Source of the DNA: Patescibacteria group bacterium
GTDB lineage: Bacteria > Patescibacteriota > Microgenomatia > UBA1406 > GWC2-37-13
NCBI GenBank assembly: GCA_026416375.1
Contig: JAOAFI010000019.1
Location: forward strand, 1 to 55,963
Reading direction: 5' to 3'
Length of the DNA: 55,963 bases
Below, in pieces: positions 1-8,595 of this stretch (the stretch's first letter is position 1; every line of letters starts with the position of its first letter). The notes under the pieces were generated by a model. That model saw only the letters and a program-made list of their open reading frames with translations. It was not told the DNA's origin and did no database searches. The position numbers and the translations under genes are program-made.

Positions 1-606
1 TTAGGAACAATCATCACTGCCTCGCCGTTTTATGAAAGATTTGATTTGGTATTAATTGGTAAAGAAGCTCATGCTTCTCTACCTAATAAAGCAAAAAATA
101 TTCTTTTTCCATTAAAAGAAATATTAAACAAACAAAAATTAGGAAAAATAGATGCTTATACTCTTTTTAATATCGGAGTAATAAATGGAGGTTATGTCAG
201 AAACACAATTCCAGGCGAACTCCATCTTAAAGGAGAAATTAGAAGTTTTCTTGAAAAAAATTTAATAAAAGAAAAAAATAAATTCTTAAATATTCTTGAA
301 AAAATAGAAAAAAAATACTCAATAAAAATCAAAAAAGATTTTGTCAGAGAAAATCCAGGATATTTTCATAACGATAAAAAAATAATAAATAAAATAAAAA
401 ATATAATCAAAAAAACAGGCTTAAAACCAGCTTTAAAACAAGCCTGGGGAGTATCTGATGCTAATATTTTTAATGATAAAAAAAATCTTTTATGCTTTAA
501 TTTGGCTGATGCCACAGAATTTAGTCATTCAAAAGAAGAAAGAATTAAAATTAAAAATCTGATAAAATTAAAAGAAATAATAGAAACTATTATTAATAAT
601 TTTTAA
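1..606 (+). CDS. M20/M25/M40 family metallopeptidase (peptidase T-like), 5'-truncated by the window edge
   Basis: Frame is open from base 1 (LGTIITASPFYERFDL...). GKEAHAS, NIGVINGG..RNTIPG, GEIRS, GVSDAN and HSKEE motifs match the M20 dimerisation and C-terminal domains. Confidence 0.8.
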   Translation, partial: LGTIITASPFYERFDLVLIGKEAHASLPNKAKNILFPLKEILNKQKLGKIDAYTLFNIGVINGGYVRNTIPGELHLKGEIRSFLEKNLIKEKNKFLNILEKIEKKYSIKIKKDFVRENPGYFHNDKKIINKIKNIIKKTGLKPALKQAWGVSDANIFNDKKNLLCFNLADATEFSHSKEERIKIKNLIKLKEIIETIINNF

Positions 607-628
607 CTTTTGACTTTTAACTTTTAAC
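601..628. repeat. Intergenic heptamer tandem repeat (TTTTRAC)x4
   Basis: ttttaac-ttttgac-ttttaac-ttttaac read directly between the peptidase stop and lysS. Confidence 0.75.
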
Positions 629-632
629 TCTT

Positions 633-2270
633 ATGATCTGGGCAGACAGAGAAGCAAAAAGATTAAAAGAAAGAAATTTGTCTCTTGAGTGGGTAGATGA
701 TATGAAAACTCCATCAGGCCGAATTCATGTCGGTTCTCTTCGCGGAGTAGTAATCCACGATATGATTTATAAAGCCTTAAAAAAAATTGGTGTAAATACA
801 AAATTTTCTTGGGTTTTTAATGATATGGATCCAATGGATGGACTTCCAGTTTATCTTGAAAAAGAAAAATGGGAAAAATATATGGGTTATCCTTTATACA
901 AAATCCCCTCGCCTGTTTCTGGATACAAATCCTATGCTTATTATTTTGCCAGTGAGTTTATCGAAGTTTTTCAATCAATAAATTGTCATCCAAAAATTAT
1001 CTGGTCAAGCGAACTTTATGCTTCAGGAAAGATGAATGAAATTATAAAAACATTTCTTGACAATGCTAAAAAAGTAAGAGAAATCTATAAAAAAATCGCT
1101 AAAGCTGAAAAATCAGAATCTTGGTACCCGTATAATCCAGTTTGTCAAAAATGCGGAAAAATCGGCACAACTAATGTTTATAAATGGGACAGCCAATATG
1201 TATATTATCGCTGTGAGTATCATATGGTTGATTGGGCTGATGGCTGCGGATATGAAGGAAAAGTTGAGCCTATTGGCGAAAACGGCAAACTACCATGGAA
1301 ACTTGATTGGCCAGGTCACTGGAAAGCAATTGGCATCACTATTGAATCATCAGGCAAAGATCATATGTCATCTGGCGGTTCATATGATGTTGCCAGTCAT
1401 TTAGTAAAAGAAATTTTAAATTATAATCCTCCTGATGCTTTTGGCGGATATGAATGGTTTACAATTGGCGGAAGAAAAATGTCCTCATCAAAAGGAGTCG
1501 GCTCATCAGCCAAAGAAGTTTCAGAAATTCTTCCTCCTGAAATTTTAAGATTTTTAATTGTTCGAACACCAATCAAAACTCATCTTGATTTTAATCCATA
1601 TGGCGAAACAATACCTCGTCTTTTTGACGAATATGACAGATGTCTAAATGCCTATTTTGACAAAATTGAAAAAAAAGTTCCTTCTGGAAAACAAGGAGAA
1701 GTAATTCTTGATTTTGCCCGAATTATTGAATTTTCAGCTGTATCAACTCTCTCTCAAAAAAGATTGTTTTTGCCAAGATTTAAAACCATTACTTCTCTTT
1801 TAAAAAATCACAAAAAAGAAGATGAAATAATATCTTTTTTTGAAAATCAAAAAAAAGAAAAATTAAACAAAGAAGAAAAAAACATTCTTGAAGAAAGAAT
1901 AAAATATGCCAAAATTTATCTTGAAAAATATCAAACAACAGATCAAAGCTCATCCGCCAATTGGCGGACGCCAGCCGACGGACACCAGCCAGCGAACAAA
2001 ACTCAAAATTATCAGCTTAATCAAAAACAAAAAGAGTTCTTAAAATTATTAGCAGAAAATTTAAAAAAACTAAAAAAAGAAGATAAAGAAGAAATTCAAA
2101 AAATAATTTTGAAAACAATAAACAATTTAAAAATCTCTCCAAAAGAAGCTTTCAGTGCTTTTTATTTTGCTCTAATTGGCACTCTTTATGGTCCAAAAGC
2201 TGGAGATTTAATAATTAAAATAGGTCTAAAAAAATCAATTGAAAAACTTCAAAAAATTTTTAAGGAATAA
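633..2270 (+). CDS. lysS: Lysine--tRNA ligase, class I
   Basis: WAD...TPSGRIHVGSLR (HIGH-like), KMSSSKG, GKLPWKLDWP, GKDH and two Zn knuckles (CQKCG, C...CGYEG). Confidence 0.96.
   Translation: MIWADREAKRLKERNLSLEWVDDMKTPSGRIHVGSLRGVVIHDMIYKALKKIGVNTKFSWVFNDMDPMDGLPVYLEKEKWEKYMGYPLYKIPSPVSGYKSYAYYFASEFIEVFQSINCHPKIIWSSELYASGKMNEIIKTFLDNAKKVREIYKKIAKAEKSESWYPYNPVCQKCGKIGTTNVYKWDSQYVYYRCEYHMVDWADGCGYEGKVEPIGENGKLPWKLDWPGHWKAIGITIESSGKDHMSSGGSYDVASHLVKEILNYNPPDAFGGYEWFTIGGRKMSSSKGVGSSAKEVSEILPPEILRFLIVRTPIKTHLDFNPYGETIPRLFDEYDRCLNAYFDKIEKKVPSGKQGEVILDFARIIEFSAVSTLSQKRLFLPRFKTITSLLKNHKKEDEIISFFENQKKEKLNKEEKNILEERIKYAKIYLEKYQTTDQSSSANWRTPADGHQPANKTQNYQLNQKQKEFLKLLAENLKKLKKEDKEEIQKIILKTINNLKISPKEAFSAFYFALIGTLYGPKAGDLIIKIGLKKSIEKLQKIFKE
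1953..1993. repeat. GC-rich 16-bp perfect palindrome plus 14-bp direct repeat, in frame inside lysS
   Basis: TCCGCCAATTGGCGGA at 1953-1968. GGACGCCAGCCGAC and GGACACCAGCCAGC at 1966-1993. Confidence 0.85.
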
Positions 2271-3354
2271 TTCCCAAAGATAAAGCAACTATTTGAGAAT
2301 AATTAGCTTCATTAAAACTTAATTCAAATTCTTGAACTTCAGGTTTTTTATTTTTATCTTCAGATACTATATAATTTTTATCTCCTCCTTCATTGTCTGT
2401 ATAGTCATAAATTAATATTTTTATTTTTCTTCCATTTAATCCAAACTCTTCCAACATTCTTGTTAAATCAGCGCTTGATAATCCTAAAGCATAATCTTTT
2501 TGATAATCAATAGCATTTCTTACAAATTCTATAAATCTTATGTTTTCTCTTGTTATTTTTTCATAATCAACAACAATCATTCTTTTTCTAAAAAAAGGCA
2601 TTACTCTTCCTAACTTCACATCATATCGATATTCAACATCTATCCTTCCAGAAATTGATCTTAAATGAACTCCTGTATTAACTCTTTGTTCTAATAAACC
2701 AATTAGGATATTTGGATCTTTTGGCTTGTGAATTAACTCTATTCCCTCATCTTGATGATCAGTTGTAATACTAGTTCCTTCAGGAAAATATAATCCCCAA
2801 GTTGAATCAGCAGTAAAAAACTTTCCTGTTTTTTGCAAAATTAAAAAAAGACTCCCAATATCAGAATCATTAGCTATTAAAGCTTGAATAATTTCCTCTT
2901 GGCTTTTTTGAGCAAATTGAGGAAATTGTCTTTTAAATTCTTCAATTTTAACAGGCAAAATTCTTGTTAATTCAGACAAAACTACCTCATGCGTTTTAAT
3001 CACTCCTCTTGCTTTATCAGTTGCCAGCTCCAAAACAACCGGCGGAGAAGTAGCATCTCTTCTAAATGGAGTAATTCCGCCATTTTCTCCATGTTGATCA
3101 TATATTTGTTTTTGAGTTTTGTCTTCATAATGACCAAAATGAAAATTCGCTAAATTCAAACCCTTCAAATCTTCAACTTGAATTCCAGAAAACTCAGCTG
3201 CTTCTTTTTTTATTCCTTTTGCTCCAGTCATAAAAACCGGTTCAAAAAATCTATTAATATCAAATAAATATCTATTTATTAACTCTCTCCAATATAATTC
3301 TTTTTGAGAAACAGCTTTTTCTTGTAATTGATAAAATCTGGGTTTTTCTGTCAT
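2260..3354 (-). CDS. Hypothetical protein, possibly a divergent Maf/ITPase-fold nucleotide pyrophosphatase
   Basis: Long ORF with likely start ATG at 3354 (MTEKPRF); the track's TTG start runs through a hairpin. Maf-like segments occur in the expected order: VLELATDKARGV, FTADST, IHKPKD, ALGLS..L.RML. Confidence 0.5.
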   Translation of the reverse strand: MTEKPRFYQLQEKAVSQKELYWRELINRYLFDINRFFEPVFMTGAKGIKKEAAEFSGIQVEDLKGLNLANFHFGHYEDKTQKQIYDQHGENGGITPFRRDATSPPVVLELATDKARGVIKTHEVVLSELTRILPVKIEEFKRQFPQFAQKSQEEIIQALIANDSDIGSLFLILQKTGKFFTADSTWGLYFPEGTSITTDHQDEGIELIHKPKDPNILIGLLEQRVNTGVHLRSISGRIDVEYRYDVKLGRVMPFFRKRMIVVDYEKITRENIRFIEFVRNAIDYQKDYALGLSSADLTRMLEEFGLNGRKIKILIYDYTDNEGGDKNYIVSEDKNKKPEVQEFELSFNEANYSQIVALSLGIIP

Positions 3355-3377
3355 TATTTTTTTATTTATAAAAAAAC

Positions 3378-3396
3378 GCCCTCCGACTCGGAGGGC
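3378..3396 (-). terminator. Terminator-like hairpin just upstream of the 3354 start
   Basis: Minus strand GCCCTCCG-AGT-CGGAGGGC followed by GTTTTTT. Confidence 0.6.
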
Positions 3397-3468
3397 TAAA
3401 AACAAGTTTTAAAAAATTTTAATTTTAAATTTTAATTTTTTTGTTTTCATTTTTTATTTAAAAAAAAT

Positions 3469-3488
3469 GCCTCTTTTTTCAAAGGGGC
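3469..3488. terminator. Second hairpin in the divergent intergenic region
   Basis: Plus strand GCCTCTTT-TTTC-AAAGGGGC. On the minus strand it has a GAAA loop, one C-A mismatch and a following T tract. Confidence 0.45.
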
Positions 3489-3514
3489 TTTAAAAAACAA
3501 ATATTTAACTTAAA

Positions 3515-3543
3515 ATAATATATAGATATTTTAAAAAAATCAA
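3515..3543 (-). promoter_or_regulatory. Sigma70-type promoter for the 2260-3354 gene
   Basis: Minus strand TTGATT-17 bp-TATTAT. Confidence 0.5.
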
Positions 3544-3565
3544 TAGATATTTTTATATCAAAATG

Positions 3566-3571
3566 TATAAT
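3566..3571 (+). promoter_or_regulatory. -10 box, probable leaderless start of rdgB
   Basis: TATAAT lies 6 nt before the ATG at 3578, with no SD. Confidence 0.55.
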
Positions 3572-3577
3572 TTATAA

Positions 3578-4264
3578 ATGATAAAAAAAATTTTAATTGC
3601 CACTCATAATCCAGCAAAATTAGAAGAAATAAAACTTGGCTTAGAAGAATTAGAAAAATATAAAATTCAACTTATTAGCTTAAACGACGTTAGAGTAGAG
3701 AACTCGCCTGAAGAAACTGGAAAAACCTTCAAAGAAAATGCTTTGCTAAAAGCAAAATTTTATAGCAACTTGACTCAGCTGCCAACAATCTCAGATGACG
3801 GAGGCTTAATTATTCCCTATCTTGATAATGAGCCAGGAGTAAAATCAAGGCGCTGGCTTGGATATGATGCAAGTGATGAAGAATTAATTAGTTATACGTT
3901 AAAAAGATTAAAAAATACCACTAAAAAACAAAGAACTGCTTATCTTCAAACTTGTCTTTGTTTTTATCTGCCAAAAAAAACAAGCTCAAAAATTCTATCT
4001 TTAACACGATCGCATCAAAAACAGAACAAAAAAAACAAAGATTTTCTTATACTTCAAGAGGAAAAAATCAAAGGTTATATTGCTTTTTCATCAAGCAAAA
4101 AAAGAATCAAAGGCTATCCTTTTCGAGCTTTATTTATTGTTGAAAAATATAACAAATATTATGATGAATTAACAGATGAAGAACATCAAAAAATAAATCA
4201 TCGTTTAACTGCTTTAAAAAAAATTGTTAAAAAAATAAAAGAAAAATTAGAAATTGAAAATTAA
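3578..4264 (+). CDS. rdgB: Non-canonical purine NTP pyrophosphatase (RdgB/HAM1 family)
   Basis: IATHNPAKLEE, EETGKTFKENALLKA, SDDGGL, PGVKSRRW and NHR motifs. Confidence 0.92.
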   Translation: MIKKILIATHNPAKLEEIKLGLEELEKYKIQLISLNDVRVENSPEETGKTFKENALLKAKFYSNLTQLPTISDDGGLIIPYLDNEPGVKSRRWLGYDASDEELISYTLKRLKNTTKKQRTAYLQTCLCFYLPKKTSSKILSLTRSHQKQNKKNKDFLILQEEKIKGYIAFSSSKKRIKGYPFRALFIVEKYNKYYDELTDEEHQKINHRLTALKKIVKKIKEKLEIEN

Positions 4265-4288
4265 AAATTAAAAATTTAAAATAGAATT

Positions 4289-5539
4289 ATGCTTTCAATT
4301 GATTTTATTAAAAAAAATAAACAAAAAGTTATTGAGGCAATCAAAAATAAAAATAGACAAGCTGATATTGACAAAATTTTATCTCTTGATGATCAAAGAG
4401 GCAAATTGATTTTTGACATTCAAAATCTTCGCTCTCAAAGAAATAAAATTGCCAAAGAAAAACCAACTGAAAAAATAATTAATGAAGGAAAAAAATTAAA
4501 AGAACAAATAAAAGAAAAAGAAGAATTATTAAAAAAAATAGAAAATGAACTGAATGAACTTCTCTCTTATGTTCCAAATGTTCCTCTTGATGAAGTACCT
4601 GTTGGAAAAGACTCATCAGGAAATATTGAAATAAAAAAATGGGGTGAACCTAAAAAATTTGACTTTTCTCCAAAATCTCATATTGATTTAGGAATTTATC
4701 TTGATATTTTTGATGTTGAAAGAGGTACAAAAGTTTCAGGATTTAGAGGATATTTTTTAAAAAATGAGGGAGCAATTCTTCACTTAGCAATTCTTTTTTA
4801 CGTTTTCCAAAAACTAACAAAAAAAGGCTATATTCCTTTAATTGCTCCTTCGATTGTCAAAGGTTTTACTCTTTTTGGTTCAGGACAATTTCCTTGGGGA
4901 AAAGACGAAGTATATAAATTAAATGACGAGGATGCTTATTTAGCCGGCACTGCCGAAGTACCAGTAACTGCTTATTTTGCAAATGAAATCTTAAAAGAAG
5001 AAGAACTGCCAAAAAAATTTGTTGCTTTTTCTCCATGTTTTAGGCGCGAAGCAGGAAGCTACGGAAAAGACACAAAAGGATTATATCGGCTTCATGAATT
5101 TTGGAAAGTTGAACAAGTAATTATTGCTAAAAATAATATAGAAGAAGCAAAAAAACTTCATGAAGAATTACAAAAAAACACTGAAGAAATATTAGAAGAT
5201 TTTGAGATTCCTTATCGAAAAATGCTTATGTGCACAGGCGATATGGGCGAACCTCAAATAAAAAAATATGACACTGAAATCTGGATGCCATATAGAAATA
5301 ATTGGGGGGAAATTGCTTCAAACTCAATAATGGGTGATTTTCAAACAAGAAGATTAAAAATCAAATACCGAAAAAAAACAGGCGAAATAGAATATTGTTA
5401 TAGTCTTAATGATACTGCTATCCCATCTCCTAGAATATTGATTGCTATAATAGAAAACTTTCAACAAAAAGACGGCAGTGTAAAAATTCCAAAAGTGCTT
5501 CAAGGTTTAACTGGATTTGAAAAAATAACAAAAAAATAA
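4289..5539 (+). CDS. serS: Serine--tRNA ligase
   Basis: N-terminal coiled coil, GTAEVP, FRREAGSYGKDTKGLYRLHEF, and motif 3 RILIAIIENFQ. Confidence 0.97.
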   Translation: MLSIDFIKKNKQKVIEAIKNKNRQADIDKILSLDDQRGKLIFDIQNLRSQRNKIAKEKPTEKIINEGKKLKEQIKEKEELLKKIENELNELLSYVPNVPLDEVPVGKDSSGNIEIKKWGEPKKFDFSPKSHIDLGIYLDIFDVERGTKVSGFRGYFLKNEGAILHLAILFYVFQKLTKKGYIPLIAPSIVKGFTLFGSGQFPWGKDEVYKLNDEDAYLAGTAEVPVTAYFANEILKEEELPKKFVAFSPCFRREAGSYGKDTKGLYRLHEFWKVEQVIIAKNNIEEAKKLHEELQKNTEEILEDFEIPYRKMLMCTGDMGEPQIKKYDTEIWMPYRNNWGEIASNSIMGDFQTRRLKIKYRKKTGEIEYCYSLNDTAIPSPRILIAIIENFQQKDGSVKIPKVLQGLTGFEKITKK

Positions 5540-5581
5540 TTAATTAAAAATTATAAATTAAAAATTGAAAATTATTTTAAT

Positions 5582-7825
5582 TTAAGGTGTTGGAGTTGGA
5601 CTAATTAACTGAGAAGAAACACAAGATACTTTATTTTCTGTACCTTTAATAAAATATTCTTTTCTTCCAAAAAAACAATTTTTTTCAACTATATTTTCTG
5701 GTTTATTATACCAACGATTTTCTCCAACATAATTTTTCAAAAGATAAGTCATTACTTTATTCCAAATTGGAGCTGCTCCAGTAACTCCTGATGTCAAATA
5801 AGGATTCATAGGTGTTCCGTCGTTATTTCCAACCCAAACAACTACTAAAAAATCCTGAGTATATCCTATTGTCCAATTGTCTTTTTTATTATCAGTTGTT
5901 CCTGTTTTTACTGCTACTTTATATCCTGGAATTTCTAATGCCGAACCAGGTCCAAAAGCCCAAATTCGTGCTTGATTATCAGATAAAATATCAGAAATAA
6001 TATAAGCAATTCCTGAATCAATTTCTTTTATCTTAAAAGGATTTATCTCCTTTAAAACATTTCCATTACTATCCTCTATTTTTAAATAATAAGTTAAAGG
6101 AATTTTATAACCTAAATTAGCAAAAATTGAAAAAGCTTGGGCTAAATCAATCATTCGTACTTCTCCTCCGCCCAAAGCTAAAGATAATCCATATCTATTT
6201 TTATCTTTCCAAGTTGATATGCCAAGTTTTTTGGCATAATCAATAAAATTTTCAACTCCTATTTTTTCCATTATTTTAACAGCTGGAATATTATATGAAT
6301 TAGCCAAGGCATATCTAAAAGGAACTTTTCCATGAAATCGACCATCATAATTAACTGGTTTATATGGCTGGCTTCCAGAAATATAAAAAGTTGTTGGTAC
6401 ATCATCAATAATTGTTGCTGGAGTATATCCTTTTTGTAAAGCTAAAGCATAAACTAAAGGTTTAATTGCCGAACCAGGTTGACGAAGTGCTGTTGTTACA
6501 TTAAAAGCTCCCCAAGGTTCTTTAAAATAATCTACTGATCCTACCATTGCCAAAATTTCTCCTGTTGAAGGTCTCAATACTAAAATTGAACCATTAGTTA
6601 TATTTAAATAACTATTTTTTTCTATTTCTTGCCTTAAAATTTCTTCAACATTCCTTTGAATATCTAAATCCAAAGTAGTTGTTACTTTTAATCCACCTTC
6701 TTCAACTGTTTTTATGCCAAAATAATCCTCAAGTTGACTTTTAGTATAAAAAACAAAATGCGGAGCTAAAATTTTATTTCTTGGAGGCAAAACATTAATA
6801 TCTGATTTTTGAGCATTAATTTTTGATTTTTTATCAATATAGCCTTCTTTATACATTGCTTCTAAAACTTGATTCCTTCTATCTAAAGCTGCCTTAGGAT
6901 TGTTATATGGAGAATAAACAGAAGGAGCTTGTGTAAGACCAGCTAACAAAGCTCCTTCAGGAAGATTCAAATCTTTTGCTGATTTACCAAAATAAGTCCT
7001 TGACGCTTCTTCTATCCCATATGAAGAACCACCATAAGCAATTTGATTAAAATACATTTCTAAAATTTGATCTTTAGTATAAATTCTTTCTGTCCAAATA
7101 GCTAAAATTATTTCTTTTATTTTTCTTTTCCATGTTTTTTCAGGTGATAAAAGAGATGTTTTTACTAATTGTTGAGTAATTGTTGATCCTCCTTGAATTT
7201 TATTCTTATTTAAAACATTTTCTTTTATTGCTCTTAAAATACCGCCAATCAAATTAACTCCTTTATGTTTATAAAAATCTTTATCTTCAATAGCTATTGA
7301 AGCATAAATAACATGTTTAGGCAAATCTTTTAAATAAATTTGTGTTCTGTTTTCATTTTTAAATATTTCATATAAAAGTTTTCCATTTCTGTCATATATA
7401 TGAGTAGACAAACGATAATTAATTTTCCCAATTTTTAAAGGAGAAGGAAGATTTATAATAAAAAAATAAATTTGAAATAATAAAAAAATAATAAATCCAA
7501 AAAAAAATCCATAAAAAAAATATTTTAATTTTAAATAAAAATTATTATTTATTTTATTTTTATTTATTTTTAATGGAGTATAGTATCTTTTTGTTTTTAT
7601 TTTTGGCAAATCAATTCTTGGCAATTTAACAGTAGTTACTATTAATATTTTTTCTCTTAAAAAATTAAATATTTTACTCTTAAAAAGAAATATTTTTTTT
7701 AAAAAAAAATTTAAAAAAAATCTTAAAGGTTTATGAAAAATCTCCCCAATAAAAACAAAAAAAATAACAAAATAATAAATTATTTTAAATATAATTTCAA
7801 AAAAAGAATTGCTTTTTTTAATCAT
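5582..7825 (-). CDS. Class A penicillin-binding protein (PBP1A family transglycosylase/transpeptidase)
   Basis: IEDKDFYKH, GGSTITQQLVK, RKIKE, RQPGSAIKP (SxxK), SYN and KTGT motifs with an N-terminal TM anchor. Confidence 0.95.
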   Translation of the reverse strand: MIKKSNSFFEIIFKIIYYFVIFFVFIGEIFHKPLRFFLNFFLKKIFLFKSKIFNFLREKILIVTTVKLPRIDLPKIKTKRYYTPLKINKNKINNNFYLKLKYFFYGFFFGFIIFLLFQIYFFIINLPSPLKIGKINYRLSTHIYDRNGKLLYEIFKNENRTQIYLKDLPKHVIYASIAIEDKDFYKHKGVNLIGGILRAIKENVLNKNKIQGGSTITQQLVKTSLLSPEKTWKRKIKEIILAIWTERIYTKDQILEMYFNQIAYGGSSYGIEEASRTYFGKSAKDLNLPEGALLAGLTQAPSVYSPYNNPKAALDRRNQVLEAMYKEGYIDKKSKINAQKSDINVLPPRNKILAPHFVFYTKSQLEDYFGIKTVEEGGLKVTTTLDLDIQRNVEEILRQEIEKNSYLNITNGSILVLRPSTGEILAMVGSVDYFKEPWGAFNVTTALRQPGSAIKPLVYALALQKGYTPATIIDDVPTTFYISGSQPYKPVNYDGRFHGKVPFRYALANSYNIPAVKIMEKIGVENFIDYAKKLGISTWKDKNRYGLSLALGGGEVRMIDLAQAFSIFANLGYKIPLTYYLKIEDSNGNVLKEINPFKIKEIDSGIAYIISDILSDNQARIWAFGPGSALEIPGYKVAVKTGTTDNKKDNWTIGYTQDFLVVVWVGNNDGTPMNPYLTSGVTGAAPIWNKVMTYLLKNYVGENRWYNKPENIVEKNCFFGRKEYFIKGTENKVSCVSSQLISPTPTP

Positions 7826-7851
7826 TAATAAATTATATCAAATATTATAGG

Positions 7852-8586
7852 CTAAATCAATTTAAGTTTAGCTTTTACTACAAGACGTTTTAAATAAGTT
7901 CCTGGAGGAACACAAGTAATTAAAGTCAAATAAGAATTATCTTTTTGTTGATTTAAAACCCAAACATCTTGAGGATTAACAACAAACATATCATAAACAA
8001 TGTATTCATATTCAATATCATTTATTTTAATTTTAATTAAATCCCCTTTTTCAATAGATGGCAAAAAAGTAAAAATAGTTTTATAATCTTTCACATTATA
8101 GAGCTGAGGAAGAGTTGAATGACCTAGAATAACAACATTTCCATATTCTCCAGGCAAAGTTTCTGGAATATAATGAACTAAACTTTTTGAAAGATCATCA
8201 CTGCCAACAATTACTTTTGCATCCATAATATTAAGCTTAGGTATTGATAAAAAATATTCTTTTATTGATAAATTGTTTTTAAAATTTAAATTTCCTATTG
8301 AAGGAAACCAAATATTTGTTTGAGTAAAATCTCTTAAATTATTAGAAAAAATATTAAAAGATCCAAGAATGCTATTTGCCTCAGATAAAAAATCATTTTC
8401 ATTTGATTTTAAAGGAGAAATAACTTTTTGATTTAAAAAAAATTTTGAATAGATCTCAAAAGAAATAATAGGATAAAAAGACCAAAAAAGAAAAAATGAT
8501 CCAATCACTAAAAAAAAATAAGAAATATAATTAATTATTTTTTTCTTAAAAGAGTTTTTCTTTTTTATATAAATATAAATAGCCAT
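7852..8586 (-). CDS. Sortase
   Basis: N-terminal TM, PGEYGNVVILGHS, LTLITC and RLVV (His-Cys-Arg triad). Confidence 0.92.
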   Translation of the reverse strand: MAIYIYIKKKNSFKKKIINYISYFFLVIGSFFLFWSFYPIISFEIYSKFFLNQKVISPLKSNENDFLSEANSILGSFNIFSNNLRDFTQTNIWFPSIGNLNFKNNLSIKEYFLSIPKLNIMDAKVIVGSDDLSKSLVHYIPETLPGEYGNVVILGHSTLPQLYNVKDYKTIFTFLPSIEKGDLIKIKINDIEYEYIVYDMFVVNPQDVWVLNQQKDNSYLTLITCVPPGTYLKRLVVKAKLKLI

Positions 8587-8595
8587 AAAATAAAA

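Noticed and set aside
601-628. Short tandem repeats as a CRISPR array
   Set aside because: The units are 7 bp with no spacers.
3409-3450. Lys-rich uORF as a lysine-sensing attenuator peptide for lysS
   Set aside because: It is on the opposite strand and downstream of lysS, and AAA codons are expected by chance at this AT content.
3965-4045. Basic insertion in RdgB (PKKTSSKILSLTRSHQKQNKK) as another palindromic element
   Set aside because: I found no convincing inverted repeat beyond a 6-bp CGATCG, so it is probably a variable loop.
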